64,000 bases of DNA from Armatimonadota bacterium (GCA_039679645.1 JBDKUO010000009.1:74324-138323); one strand, 5' to 3'. Positions 1-10,470 are shown, counted from the first letter of the stretch. Notes: generated from the sequence alone by a model not told the origin. Program-made: numbers and translations.

Positions 1-2210
1 TCCGGTGGCACGACGGCGGAACTCGCATAATAGTGCGAATAGAAATAGCAGCTATCGATGTTTTCCGGTGCCAACTTGTTTACTACCACACCAAGAATGT
101 TCGCCTTCGCTCTTCGCAGCAAATCACGGGTCTGGGTTTCAGTGCCGCGTGGAACCATATTCGCAGAAACAACCATAACCACAGCATCGACCCAACTGGC
201 AAGCATAGGCCCATCGCTGAAGACAATAGCGCTGGGTGTATCAAAGAGCACCAGATCACAGTGCTCCTCCAGACGCTTGACAAGGTCCTGCATCCTGTCG
301 GAACCGAGCAGTTCAGACGGGTTAAAAGGCTGAGGACCTGCAGGCACGACAATCAGGTTCTCAACTTCAGTCTGTTGGAAGGCGTCGGTCAGATTATCCT
401 TGCCCTGCAGCAGCGTACTCAGGCCGGCCTCGTTGGGGACCCCGAAAAACTTGTGAAGGCTCGGGCGGCGCATATCGGCATCGATCAAGATTATTCGCTT
501 GCCTATCTGTGCCAAGGCTATGGCAAGATTGCAAATGGTCGTTGTACCACCCTGACCCGGGCGGCCGGTCGCGACCATCAAAGTCTTGAAAGGCGAGTCT
601 CGAAGCTCAAAGAGTATGTTGGTCCGCAGTATCTTATAAGACTCCGCCATAGGCGAGATAGGATACATATGAGTGAGCTTCGGAAGCATTCCATCGCGGC
701 CTGTCAGCTTTGGCGTCAGGCCGATCACGGGCAGCTCCAATAGCTTCTCGACATCTGCCGCATTGCGCATACGAGTATCGATCGAATCGAGCCAGATAAC
801 TGTAACAACACCGAGAACGAGTGAGAGTATAAAACCATACAAAGCTAGAACTTTTCTTGATGGCCCCTGCTTGAAAGGACCTGTGGCTTCAACCGACCAG
901 CTCATTGGAATGATCGAGCCGGTCCTGGTCGACTCTTTCTCAGCGACAAGCGCCTGGTCATATTTGTCTGAAAGCATCTTGAAAGTGTTTTCTGCCTGAG
1001 TATATTCGGTCATCAACTCTGCAAGCTCAGGCTCAGCCTTGGCAAGATGATCCACTTTCCCCCTTGCGGCAGCCACACTCGCATTTGCTGAGGCATACTT
1101 TGCTCTGGCAGTTGCAAGAGTATACTGGGCATCCGAACGCTTGCGCATCAGATCGTTATGAATCTCATTGATTGCCGGCTGTGAGTAACTGCTTCCTTCA
1201 CGTGCAATCTGGCTTTTGAGGGAGATAATACGAGCCTGAGCGGCTTTGTATACATCATGCGCAGGCTTATAACGCTGTGAGATCAGCCTGAGATCCGCTT
1301 CAGCCTGAGCGAGCTCATCCTGAAGCTTTTGCACTTTCGGATTCATCTGGGCAGGCAGCGATTGTTCAGAAACCAGAGGTTGCACCTTAAGCTGTGCGTC
1401 TATATCCCTCAATGCAGCCTCAGCTTCGCTGACCCCTGAGGCAGCCTGATCTCTCGTAGCTTCCAGATTTGCCAATGAACTGATAGAGGTCTGAGTCTCA
1501 GCATCCACCGAAAGAACGTTATGCGTGCTCTTATACTCCGCGATCTTGAGCTGCAATTTTTGCAGGTTGGTCTTTGCTTCCTGCCTGCTGGACTCCAAGA
1601 ACCTGGCGTATTTCCGAACATCCTCGCGGCTCTTTTCCTGATATGACCTTGCAAAAGCCTGTACAACTGCATTCGCCAGATAAGGAGCGTCATCGCCGTT
1701 AGGCATTCTTACGACTATTCGAATGATGTCGGTAGTGGTGCCGTTTTGCCCAATACTCGGGTTTTGCACCGGAGTAACCTCAAGAACATCATTCCAGTCC
1801 TTGAACTGAAGCAATTTGCCCGGCTCTTGTTCAACGCGGGTTATCTGCTTATAGAGCAGCCTGTTTGCATTCTCAGCGCCCATACTCTCAGTTATTGTCT
1901 GCTTCTGCTTAATATCGGTATCAGCCAGAAAATCCAGCGCCCCCTGGTAAACCTCATAGCTTTGAGCAAGTATTATCAAGTTACTGAGGATTACGCCGCG
2001 ATCGGGCGGGACAGTGTGATCGTTATCGTTGGTTGCAGTAGTATTGCCGCCCTGCATAACCTGAGCGGTCGGCGACACAAGAGCTGTGCCTTCGTAGACA
2101 ACCTTTGGCTTTGGCGCCGCTATCGCAATGACCAGAAGCGTGACCGCGACAATGCCGGCTATAATCCATCTGCGCGCTTTTATGACCTTAATCAGATACC
2201 AAAAGTTCAT
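1..2210 (-). CDS. Polysaccharide co-polymerase / BY-family tyrosine autokinase (Wzc/EpsB/GumC-like). The C-terminal end runs off the window start (partial).
   Basis: Minus-strand translation from the ATG at 2208-2210 gives MNFWYLIKVIKARRWIIAGIVAVTLLVIAIAAPKPKVVYEG..., a Wzz/GumC-type N-terminal TM segment. A long coiled-coil periplasmic region follows. Then comes a second TM, then GRPGQGGTTTICNLAIALAQIGKRIILIDADMRRPSLHKFFG (BY-kinase Walker A/A') and a C-terminal Tyr cluster SCYFYSHYYASS. There is no stop codon before position 1, so this gene is absent from the supplied ORF track. The plus-strand ORFs 33..743 and 1746..2318 are antisense artefacts. Confidence 0.8.
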   Translation of the reverse strand, partial: MNFWYLIKVIKARRWIIAGIVAVTLLVIAIAAPKPKVVYEGTALVSPTAQVMQGGNTTATNDNDHTVPPDRGVILSNLIILAQSYEVYQGALDFLADTDIKQKQTITESMGAENANRLLYKQITRVEQEPGKLLQFKDWNDVLEVTPVQNPSIGQNGTTTDIIRIVVRMPNGDDAPYLANAVVQAFARSYQEKSREDVRKYARFLESSRQEAKTNLQKLQLKIAEYKSTHNVLSVDAETQTSISSLANLEATRDQAASGVSEAEAALRDIDAQLKVQPLVSEQSLPAQMNPKVQKLQDELAQAEADLRLISQRYKPAHDVYKAAQARIISLKSQIAREGSSYSQPAINEIHNDLMRKRSDAQYTLATARAKYASANASVAAARGKVDHLAKAEPELAELMTEYTQAENTFKMLSDKYDQALVAEKESTRTGSIIPMSWSVEATGPFKQGPSRKVLALYGFILSLVLGVVTVIWLDSIDTRMRNAADVEKLLELPVIGLTPKLTGRDGMLPKLTHMYPISPMAESYKILRTNILFELRDSPFKTLMVATGRPGQGGTTTICNLAIALAQIGKRIILIDADMRRPSLHKFFGVPNEAGLSTLLQGKDNLTDAFQQTEVENLIVVPAGPQPFNPSELLGSDRMQDLVKRLEEHCDLVLFDTPSAIVFSDGPMLASWVDAVVMVVSANMVPRGTETQTRDLLRRAKANILGVVVNKLAPENIDSCYFYSHYYASSAVVPP

Positions 2211-2421
2211 ATGCCTACCTCTTCAACATTATACCACGACCGTATGGTTATAATCCCAAAGAAAGTTCACGGATATCAAACCGATTCAGCCAAGACACAA
2301 GAGCTTGCTTTTGCATAATACGAAAGCACGCCAGAGGTGAGTTCCCAAAGACAAAAAAGCGCCGCACATATTAATAATTATGCACGGCGCTTAAGATCCG
2401 ATATTAACTTAAACGTATTCT

Positions 2422-3195
2422 TTAATGATTTGTGACTCTTCGCCTGATAACCCCGATCATTGTCAGGCCGATAGAACCGAGAAGCATCGTCGGAACCTCA
2501 GGCACGGGAGGCGGCGTGTAGTTGGGCACGAAGAAGACCAGATCCTGCTTCTGAGGATCGACCGCCAGATAGTAGGCGTGCGTCGAACCATAGCCGGATA
2601 TCGCATTGGCAACTGCGTCATCATAATAGTTCTTTGCCGCAGTAGCAATGTTTGATCTGATCGTTCCGCTGTAATCCCCACTAATACTGCCGAGAGCAAA
2701 GTTGCCCATCCCGGTGCCTTTAGTGATATTCCAAGCTGGGTCAGTAATAGCTTCCCAAACGGCTACTTGTATCGCCGATTTCTGGATTTTCAGGGTCGGC
2801 GAATCATCACTGGTCTTAGTGTCTGTCCACTCGGTGTTGTGCTGCACCATGTAAACGACCCTGTCCCATGCCGTGGAGTCTATCACCGTTGTCGGTGTGC
2901 CGGTTGCAATGTCGGCGCTCCACGTCTGACCCCAGTTTATGGTCCCCATCAAGTCCACACACAGCATGTTTGTATACGTGCTCGTGTTCGTCGAAGTGTC
3001 GTATATCTTGATGTATACAGGACCTATCGCAACATTCATTGATTTTGTGAGACTCGTCCAGATTGTCCCGTTGTATGACGGATAGTAGTTGGAATTGTTG
3101 ACCAAAGTCAACTGATATTGACCACTAGCCGACGCGGCGACACTTATAGCCAGGATCAGGGCAGCCGCTAGTATCATTAGCCTAGTAATCTTCAA
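2422..3195 (-). CDS. Secreted PEP-CTERM-sorted protein of 257 aa (putative exosortase substrate)
   Basis: The N-terminal signal peptide reads MKITRLMILAAALILAISVAASASG. The C-terminus reads ...PPPVPEVPTMLLGSIGLTMIGVIRRRVTNH, a PEP-like motif followed by a hydrophobic helix and an RRR cluster. The gene sits between a Wzc-like gene and a priming sugar transferase gene. Confidence 0.6.
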   Translation of the reverse strand: MKITRLMILAAALILAISVAASASGQYQLTLVNNSNYYPSYNGTIWTSLTKSMNVAIGPVYIKIYDTSTNTSTYTNMLCVDLMGTINWGQTWSADIATGTPTTVIDSTAWDRVVYMVQHNTEWTDTKTSDDSPTLKIQKSAIQVAVWEAITDPAWNITKGTGMGNFALGSISGDYSGTIRSNIATAAKNYYDDAVANAISGYGSTHAYYLAVDPQKQDLVFFVPNYTPPPVPEVPTMLLGSIGLTMIGVIRRRVTNH

Positions 3196-3236
3196 GTTGT
3201 CCCCTCCTTTTCTTTTTAATATAGATCAGCATTATA

Positions 3237-4055
3237 TCAACATGCTCCCCGCTTCAATAAAACGGCGGGCACGGTCGATATTATTATCCATAGATCGAGC
3301 AGTATTGACCTCTGATCGATATATTGCATATCCATTCGAACACGCTCCTCATATGAGGTCTCGCTGCGTCCGCACGTCTGCCAGATACCGGTTATGCCCG
3401 GTGTGACCGTCTTAAACCGCTCAACTTGCGGTCCATATATCTCCACCTCATCATGGTGGATCGGCCTGGGCCCCACAAACGTCATATTGCCAAGAAGCAC
3501 ATTCAAAAGCTGCGGAAGCTCGTCAAGACTTGTCTTTCGCAGGAACTTTCCGATGTTAGTAATACGTGGATCCTGCTTGAGCTTACAGCTTACGTAATAC
3601 TCGCTCTTTAAGTCATCGTTTTGATCGAGAATTTGCTCGGCGCCATCGACCATGGACCGAAACTTATACATGTCAAAGCTCTTGCCGTGCTTTCCGATGA
3701 CCTTTCGCCTGAAAAATATCGGGCCGGTACTATCCATTCTAACCAACACAGCTATTATCGCAAACAATGCGCTTGAAAGCAGCAATATGGCCGAAGCTAA
3801 CAGAATATCAATAAGCCTCTTTACTAAAAAATACGCGACTCCAACACCATTGTAGATCTTGGCAAGTCTTCTGCGTCGTTTTTCAATTGCAATGACGGCG
3901 GCAATACCCATGGGAGCCAAAACACACGCTGACGCCTCAGGCACTGAATGGCCTCCTACAGGCGACCCGAGAGCCGCGCCCGTCGCAAGCAACAATATTA
4001 CTGTCGCCACAGTCAGACTATACAAACTCCACCCCCATAGATACAAAAAAGCCAC
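3237..4055 (-). CDS. Bacterial sugar transferase (polyprenyl-phosphate hexose-1-phosphate transferase, WbaP/EpsL-like)
   Basis: An N-terminal TM helix is followed by the conserved C-terminal catalytic region ...[57 protein letters not shown]...[21 protein letters not shown]..., typical of the Bac_transf family. Confidence 0.8.
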   Translation of the reverse strand: MAFLYLWGWSLYSLTVATVILLLATGAALGSPVGGHSVPEASACVLAPMGIAAVIAIEKRRRRLAKIYNGVGVAYFLVKRLIDILLASAILLLSSALFAIIAVLVRMDSTGPIFFRRKVIGKHGKSFDMYKFRSMVDGAEQILDQNDDLKSEYYVSCKLKQDPRITNIGKFLRKTSLDELPQLLNVLLGNMTFVGPRPIHHDEVEIYGPQVERFKTVTPGITGIWQTCGRSETSYEERVRMDMQYIDQRSILLDLWIIISTVPAVLLKRGAC

Positions 4056-4368
4056 GCGATGAAAACCTGCCGCTCATATTCGAGCAGCACGGACCGATCG
4101 CCCAAATCAGCCCATCCATCCGTGGCCAGTTATATCAATACTGTATTTATAACACGGCTGCTTGCACAAGTCAAGCATAAACATAAAAACATGAGCTAAA
4201 ACAGGTAATTTTACGAGCACAAAACGTCAATTGCTCACACACTACACACAGTCCGTTAACTGTTTTGCTATCCGGCTTTCAAATCAAGCAAAAAGCCGGA
4301 CAGTTGAACATTAAGCAAAAAGTGTGCCATATGGCCCAGTATGTTTTGCAGGTTATTTTGCACTACGC

Positions 4369-4402
4369 ACAAAAAAAGCGCCTGCCGATCCGGCAAGCGC
4401 TT
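4369..4402 (-). terminator. Rho-independent terminator downstream of the CBM9-like gene
   Basis: A-run at 4370-4376, then the hairpin agcgcctgccg-atc-cggcaagcgct. On the minus strand this reads as a GC-rich hairpin followed by TTTTTTT. Confidence 0.65.
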
Positions 4403-4422
4403 TCTAGTGGATAAATATCGTT

Positions 4423-5172
4423 CTACTCGACAAGTTTTAATGATGACCACTGACTATAATCATGAAAATCCACTTTCTGGAGCGAGGAGCATGCGCTTAG
4501 CTCTACGCCATCAGGCAAGTAGATCGAATAGTCGTATCTGGCCAAAAGAAACTTCCATTCATCGCCGATCTTCGGTGTCTTGCCTTTCAGAGACGGCAGT
4601 TCGGCAAACGGAATTGCAATCTCCATACGCCAGCATTTGTCGATATCGCTGGGATCATTGATAGTGCCGTCTATATCTATCCCGACACGCAGCCCCTCAC
4701 AGTTCCAGGCCGCCCATCTGTGGCAGTCCGATCCTCCCGCGTATCTGCCGAGTGAGAACGCGTCATAAACAGTTCCCAGCGCGTTTATTTCAAAGTTGTA
4801 ATATGCCTTGGTCACGGTATCCGGCATTATGAAGCACTCAAGACAGTCTTCCTGGCAGGTCACAGAGTCATGCTCCGTATGTATGCTCCAGATATCCTTG
4901 TCGTATGCGCAGTAAGAGACGTACAAATAGCCGTCGTCCCACAAGACCTTCGCCTCAGTCTTGCTCAAAGGCTCAGCGTCGGTCTTGGGCAGGACAAATG
5001 AGATCGTTTCGGCTTTTTTCCAGGCCTCGTCATCCGGCTTGCCGTCGATTTTTATCGGGCCGCATGCCCGGTGGCAATCATAGCTCTTGATCGGTGCCGC
5101 CATGACACTCGCTGCAATCAGCACAGATGCAGCAGTGACAAACCACAGGCACCAGCTTAATGAATTATGCAT
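4423..5172 (-). CDS. Secreted carbohydrate-binding protein (CBM9/DOMON-like domain)
   Basis: The likely start is MHNSLSWCLWFVTAASVLIAASVMAAP, a signal peptide, which lies inside the longer listed ORF. The motif ...IKIDGKPDDEAWKKAETISFVLP...LWDDGYLYVSYCAYDKDIWS is typical of CBM9-like sugar-binding modules. Confidence 0.5.
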   Translation of the reverse strand: MHNSLSWCLWFVTAASVLIAASVMAAPIKSYDCHRACGPIKIDGKPDDEAWKKAETISFVLPKTDAEPLSKTEAKVLWDDGYLYVSYCAYDKDIWSIHTEHDSVTCQEDCLECFIMPDTVTKAYYNFEINALGTVYDAFSLGRYAGGSDCHRWAAWNCEGLRVGIDIDGTINDPSDIDKCWRMEIAIPFAELPSLKGKTPKIGDEWKFLLARYDYSIYLPDGVELSACSSLQKVDFHDYSQWSSLKLVE

Positions 5173-7237
5173 CACTATCCCCTCCTTTGTGTTGTATTGT
5201 CTGCGTTGTGAGAGATGTTTCAAGCGGACATTCCGAATCCGCAAGCAGCCCAGCTTCTGGCTCTTCATCATCTTTGTAACCATGGAAACGACCATCATCA
5301 TTTACGTCTCTCTCAGAGGTCTTAAGCGCAACAAACAGATGCCTGATATCGTGTATGCCTCCAACGGTGAACCATATTGTTACCGGAATACACAATATTC
5401 CAGGAATGGCAAGTATGTTAATAAAGTAGTAATCCGCCCAAACTGCATCGCTGACAGGGTGCAGAAGGTTGATTATACTAAAGACAATAAACCACATAAA
5501 CCATGCCAGGTTCCATACAACAAGCGCTGTAGCAAGAATCTTGTCGGACTTGGTGAACTCCTTTGTGATACCTACTATTTCCGCCCACTTGCTTCGCTGC
5601 TCCTGCTCAACCACATGATCGGCCTCAACCCTATATTTTCCTCGATGGAGCATTCTTTCCAGGTTATATGATGGTTTTTCGCGTCCGGTAATCAGAGATA
5701 CGACGATGTAGACCAATACGGAGGAGACCATAGATATAAAATATAAATACTGGTTATTTATAGGAAACTCATGGCCTGTTTGCGCGAGGTATATCTTAGG
5801 CAGGATCAGCCCACCGATTCCCATAACCGCACCAATAATCAGTGAGCAATATGCGGCTTGGGTAGTACCTCGTTTCCAGTAAAGACCGCCGATGATTACC
5901 GCACCGGAGCCTCCGAGCCATATGGTGCCCGTAATTGCGAAAAAGAAATATATCTGTTCAGTCGGCACATAGAACAAACTGAATAAGAATGAAAATACCG
6001 CAACACCGATAATCGACCAGCGCAGAAGTTTGATATGCTCATCCGGATCCAGCGCCCTGTTCTTGATAGGCATATATACATCCTGAATGAAAATGGATCC
6101 CCAGGAATGCATATATGTATCGTGACATGTGAATGAGAAGAACAAGAAGATCGTTCCAAGCAGGCCCTTTACTGCAACAGGCAGAAGATGCGCCATTACA
6201 ATCGGCACACGCATCTGATTCTGAATTGATTGGTTTGGTATCTGGGCTAAAGAATTGCTCACCAAGTGCGCTTCTTTAGCAAACTGCGGCAAACGCATAA
6301 CCGCCACTGCAGCAAGTGCCAAAAGAGTGATGGCCAACCCCTGCGGAACGCCACGCCATATGGCAATGATGCCGCCCATCTTCTGCTCATGCGGGTTACG
6401 CGCCGAACTGTAGAAACCCTGCGTGCCTTGCCAAGACATATATGTGAAAAAGCTTGCGAACATAGCGATCAGGTAATACCAGATATTGAAGTCATTGACA
6501 CCGCTGGTATGGAACGGATTTATCATAGAGGCATTTTTAGGAGCCATGGACAGAGCATGCATCATCTCAGGCCAACTCACCTTAACCAGGATTGTCGCCG
6601 CTACAACTATGAAAGCGAATGTACAAAACATGCCCTGCACGCACTCGGTGACCATTACCGATATCTGCCCACCCATATTTACAAATGAGAGAGCAAACCC
6701 GAGGTCTATAAACATCACCAGCGCAATGCTTGGAATAGCGTATTCGATGCCGGGTATGTGGAAGTGATCTGGAAGACCGCAGAAGTATATGAAAAACCTG
6801 GCAGCCACAGCCGGGAAAATACCGAAGTTGAGAATGCCGCTGGTCCAGCACAGGATGCCGGCGAATATTCGCAGTTTCCGTGAATAACGCATCTCGAGAT
6901 ACTGCGCCATAGTCATAGCACGAGTCTCTCTGAACCGGTAAAAAACCCAGCCGGTCAGTAGTATTATAATACCAACCGGTATACTGAAACCGCCCCACCA
7001 CTGGGGAGAAAGACCTCTTGAATACAGCATCTCAAACATTGCGACAAACGAGACTACACCCGTTCCGCCCATCTGAGAAGCTATAGTCAGCAGATACCGG
7101 CCCGCTACTCGGTTCGCGGACAGGAAGTCGGATACTCCCTTCATATAATGGCGGGTGCTGAGACTCACTGATCTCAAAGCGACCACGGCCACTATCATAA
7201 TCGTCCAGTCTATCCAGCTCAAATTGCCCAAATGCAT
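5165..7237 (-). CDS. Sodium:solute symporter (SSF family) transporter, 690 aa
   Basis: About 13 predicted TM segments and the SSF-type pattern (...GGLYWKRGTTQAAYCSLIIGAVMG...). It overlaps the downstream CBM9-like gene by 8 nt. Confidence 0.8.
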   Translation of the reverse strand: MHLGNLSWIDWTIMIVAVVALRSVSLSTRHYMKGVSDFLSANRVAGRYLLTIASQMGGTGVVSFVAMFEMLYSRGLSPQWWGGFSIPVGIIILLTGWVFYRFRETRAMTMAQYLEMRYSRKLRIFAGILCWTSGILNFGIFPAVAARFFIYFCGLPDHFHIPGIEYAIPSIALVMFIDLGFALSFVNMGGQISVMVTECVQGMFCTFAFIVVAATILVKVSWPEMMHALSMAPKNASMINPFHTSGVNDFNIWYYLIAMFASFFTYMSWQGTQGFYSSARNPHEQKMGGIIAIWRGVPQGLAITLLALAAVAVMRLPQFAKEAHLVSNSLAQIPNQSIQNQMRVPIVMAHLLPVAVKGLLGTIFLFFSFTCHDTYMHSWGSIFIQDVYMPIKNRALDPDEHIKLLRWSIIGVAVFSFLFSLFYVPTEQIYFFFAITGTIWLGGSGAVIIGGLYWKRGTTQAAYCSLIIGAVMGIGGLILPKIYLAQTGHEFPINNQYLYFISMVSSVLVYIVVSLITGREKPSYNLERMLHRGKYRVEADHVVEQEQRSKWAEIVGITKEFTKSDKILATALVVWNLAWFMWFIVFSIINLLHPVSDAVWADYYFINILAIPGILCIPVTIWFTVGGIHDIRHLFVALKTSERDVNDDGRFHGYKDDEEPEAGLLADSECPLETSLTTQTIQHKGGDSDA

Positions 7238-7382
7238 ATTGGTGCTTTCCCCCCTACAAATTTACCGGAGCCCGGCGATACTCGCAAAGATTAATCAGGA
7301 CATTCCTGCCCTTGGCAATAGACTTGTTAGCAGCTACAGCGCTCGGCCGCCCGTCCCGATCAGCACATATCTCTTGTTCATA

Positions 7383-9530
7383 TCACTTATCATCCAAAGT
7401 ATCCAGAGTGGCTGCAATGTCGTACATCTTCTCGATTATCTCAACCGGAGTATAGAAGTATCCTATTGCCCCTTCATAACCGATCCTGGAATCGCGCGAG
7501 CACAGACCCAGCATCTCACGTGAATTGGCTAGCTCATCCTTAAGCAGGCTGATAAGCCTTGCGCGCAAGTTGTTATTACTTGGATCACTAATGAGTCTGT
7601 TTCTTATTATAACAAATTCTGTATAGTTTGCGGCTATAATTAGATGCATCATATAAGCCTTGCATATTCCAAGGTCCTTGATATTGTCTGCACGGTATTG
7701 CGAGCACTCTGACTTGGCAATGGCTTTCTCCAGATGCGCGACTCCTTCGGCGAAGAGTTCCGCAGCCTCTCTGAATGCCATTATCACGATTTCAGGACCA
7801 AATGGCTCAGTGATCTCATCTATGCGCTCGGAGGCCATCGCGACCATGCCATGCCTCCAACTCTCGGACTCCATCGAAAATCTGATCCCCGGTCCGGGGT
7901 TGAGCGCGCTGTAGTAGAGTACACCGAGCGTATGCGGTAACTTTTGCATGCCCTCTGCAAAAGACTGCCAGGCAGCAAGAGCATCATTCGCCCCGGAGCC
8001 GTAGTATTTGACGGCCATAGCCTCTGCGGCATTCCGCTCACTCGAATGCGCGAGCATCTCCATATTCCTGCCCGGGTACGCCCCGAATATCCAGCAGCCC
8101 AGCATACCGTCGACCCCAAGACCGCGCATCTCATTAAAGAGCTGGTTTATATTAGTCATAACAGGCAAATACGGCAGCGCATTAGCTTCAACAGTAGTAA
8201 CAATCGAGCACTTCGCGTGCACTCTTCTGCCCTGCCCTCGCGCCGTCGTTACTATATCGCGAGCGTATTTGGACGGAGACATGCGGCCTATTGTGTATTC
8301 AATTAGCCCGACCTGCTTGCCGTGAATATCTATCTGTGTATGCCTGGCCCAGTCGACCATTACTTCGACTTTTGGGTGTAGAAATGAAAGCGAGTCCTTG
8401 ACGCTCTCGACATTCAGAATAAAGTCCCATCCCCACAGCCACTGGATAACTCTAGCCTTTGAACTGACTGACTCAGCGGCTTTCAGGACGATATTGGCCG
8501 TGTCGGCAAGCACATTTGCGATACCGCGGCCGGCGCAGGCAGGGCACAGGTGATCGGATGAATGCGAAAAACAATTGGTGCGGTTCTCGGAGGCGCTGAT
8601 AATAATCACGCCCCCCAGATCAGGCACCTGCGAGAATAAAAATCCGGCAGCCTCACTCATCCACTGCCTGACTATAGCTGAAGAGGTGCATAGACCATAG
8701 TGGCCGGGGTGATCTGCCGATTCCATGCCCTTTGCTTCGGGATATTTCTCAAAAAACTCGCCGGGCATAAATCGAGGTTCGTTAATATAACCGAAAAGGT
8801 CTATTCCGTATTTGCGTGCCTTTGCCACCTGCCTACGCAGGTTTTCGATCCTGATCTCATGACCCTGGCCGAACTCACTGAAAATATTGCTCGGGGCTAT
8901 ATCACGCAGCAGCAGAGGCAGCCAACCGGCATTTACGCCTCTGTTTCTGAGCCTGCCTAGAATACCCTCGCTGTAGAAGTCCTCACCGGTCATCAGGAAG
9001 TCGCCGTGAGAAGCCGTGTAGCTGTACATCATCCTCAGCGGCGGGCATAGAGAGCCTTCACCTATTGTAGATTCGCTCTGCTCAGGCTGATTGAACTCAG
9101 CCAGAAAGCTGAATGGCCTCTCCCATTTTTCGCTGCATTCAAAGAGCTCGGACGAATATTCCCTGAAAGCCGCGGCAGTCGGTTCATCAAAATCATCAGT
9201 ATTCAGATCGGGGATAATATCCGGTTTCGCGCCGACCTTTACCGCCAGAAAGTCCATCTCCTGAAGAGCCTTCTCATATGCAGACTCCGTCATACCGAGC
9301 AGCCTGGCGATAGATGAATGTGTGAGGATGTCATGGTTGCGGCGGACTATAAGCGGAAAGGCCCGCTCTTTATCCAATGGAAGTGTTGAAGGAAGCCCAA
9401 GCGCCTGCATCCGGCCATGAATTACGCTTGTATCAACATTCAGAAAAGACGCGAGATCAGAAATCGGGAGAAGGTCATGATTGCGTATCAGGAACTTGTG
9501 CAGTTGATTTAACCTAAGAGGGTTTGACAT
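7383..9530 (-). CDS. Hypothetical 715-aa cytoplasmic protein, possibly a glycoside-hydrolase-like catalytic core with N-terminal winged-helix-like segments
   Basis: A long clean ORF with no signal peptide and no recognisable named motif. The function is inferred only from its neighbours, the symporter and the CBM9 protein. Confidence 0.35.
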   Translation of the reverse strand: MSNPLRLNQLHKFLIRNHDLLPISDLASFLNVDTSVIHGRMQALGLPSTLPLDKERAFPLIVRRNHDILTHSSIARLLGMTESAYEKALQEMDFLAVKVGAKPDIIPDLNTDDFDEPTAAAFREYSSELFECSEKWERPFSFLAEFNQPEQSESTIGEGSLCPPLRMMYSYTASHGDFLMTGEDFYSEGILGRLRNRGVNAGWLPLLLRDIAPSNIFSEFGQGHEIRIENLRRQVAKARKYGIDLFGYINEPRFMPGEFFEKYPEAKGMESADHPGHYGLCTSSAIVRQWMSEAAGFLFSQVPDLGGVIIISASENRTNCFSHSSDHLCPACAGRGIANVLADTANIVLKAAESVSSKARVIQWLWGWDFILNVESVKDSLSFLHPKVEVMVDWARHTQIDIHGKQVGLIEYTIGRMSPSKYARDIVTTARGQGRRVHAKCSIVTTVEANALPYLPVMTNINQLFNEMRGLGVDGMLGCWIFGAYPGRNMEMLAHSSERNAAEAMAVKYYGSGANDALAAWQSFAEGMQKLPHTLGVLYYSALNPGPGIRFSMESESWRHGMVAMASERIDEITEPFGPEIVIMAFREAAELFAEGVAHLEKAIAKSECSQYRADNIKDLGICKAYMMHLIIAANYTEFVIIRNRLISDPSNNNLRARLISLLKDELANSREMLGLCSRDSRIGYEGAIGYFYTPVEIIEKMYDIAATLDTLDDK

Positions 9531-9708
9531 TCATTGACTCCGAGAAAAACATTACATATTCCAGAGCTTTGGCAGAGAACTGAAGTGGTGGGCAGCAAGC
9601 CAATTAACTCTTCGTTTCGGAAAAATCAGTCTTATCTTTAGAGGCATTATAGCAGTGCGGGAGGTCGTTGTAAACTTTTGAGTCTTACCTGTTGAGTTGT
9701 GTGCTTGG

Positions 9709-10104
9709 CTATACGCCAATCAGCATTACGTCGCAATAAGTCGCCACTAAAGAAAAGCCCGGTCGGCAAGTTAGTATCGGAATAGCCATCTTATGTGCAA
9801 GAGCAACAGCCGATGCCGATGCAATAGATATTCCACCAAGCACATAAGCTTCAGCGGATTGCTTTGCAAATTCTTCGTCTACGCCGCTGACCATTTTTAC
9901 ATTATCGAGGGTGTACAGCCAGCCAATCCATTTTTCAGTAAGACCGGCTCCGCATTTCTCCATGGCCAAACAAGCAAATTCAGCAACAGACTGATCTGTT
10001 ATATAACAAGTATTGCTACAAATAGCTTTTTCAAAGCTCGCTACAACCTTAGCGTTTTCAAGTGCAACAGCTAGCGGTATTGAAGAATCAAGCACTAATG
10101 CCAT
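9709..10104 (-). CDS. PIN-domain protein (VapC-like toxin candidate)
   Basis: The N-terminus MALVLDSS carries the first PIN acidic residue. Size is 131 aa, and the gene overlaps the upstream HTH gene by 17 nt. Confidence 0.45.
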   Translation of the reverse strand: MALVLDSSIPLAVALENAKVVASFEKAICSNTCYITDQSVAEFACLAMEKCGAGLTEKWIGWLYTLDNVKMVSGVDEEFAKQSAEAYVLGGISIASASAVALAHKMAIPILTCRPGFSLVATYCDVMLIGV

Positions 10105-10408
10105 CGAAGTTGTTTACCTTAGTTCTTTCTTGTTGATCAAATTGCTCCAGGACTTCTATACAGTTAAATGGACCAAGTTTGGCCGTTTCTGCTTGAAGTT
10201 CGCGCATGAGTTTCATACTTTCGGAAAAGCTTAGTTTGCCTTTACTGGGGACCGGCTCTGTCAGTTTCTCCAAAGCGGTTTCGTGTATAAGGTAGCCGCG
10301 GCCCACTTTCTTTGCCGGTATCTTTCCTAACTTGATCCAATTGCGTATAGTATATGGGCTCTGTCTAAGATATCCGGCCACTTCCGGCACCGTTAGAACT
10401 CGTTCCAT
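10088..10408 (-). CDS. Excisionase/MerR-type HTH DNA-binding protein (antitoxin candidate)
   Basis: MERVLTVPEVAGYLRQSPYTIRNWIKLGKIPAKKVGRGYLIHETALEKL is an HTH_17/excisionase-family signature. The gene is translationally coupled to the PIN gene. Confidence 0.55.
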   Translation of the reverse strand: MERVLTVPEVAGYLRQSPYTIRNWIKLGKIPAKKVGRGYLIHETALEKLTEPVPSKGKLSFSESMKLMRELQAETAKLGPFNCIEVLEQFDQQERTKVNNFDGISA

Positions 10409-10470
10409 TTCAGTTTGCCTCCTATAATCTTTATTTGATTATACCCCAAGATTCCTGTGTTTGTTCCACA

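Noticed and set aside
33-2318. Plus-strand ORFs 33..743, 58..333, 673..999 and 1746..2318 from the supplied track
   Set aside because: They lie antisense to a continuous, well-conserved minus-strand BY-kinase/co-polymerase reading frame. Their translations have no recognisable features.
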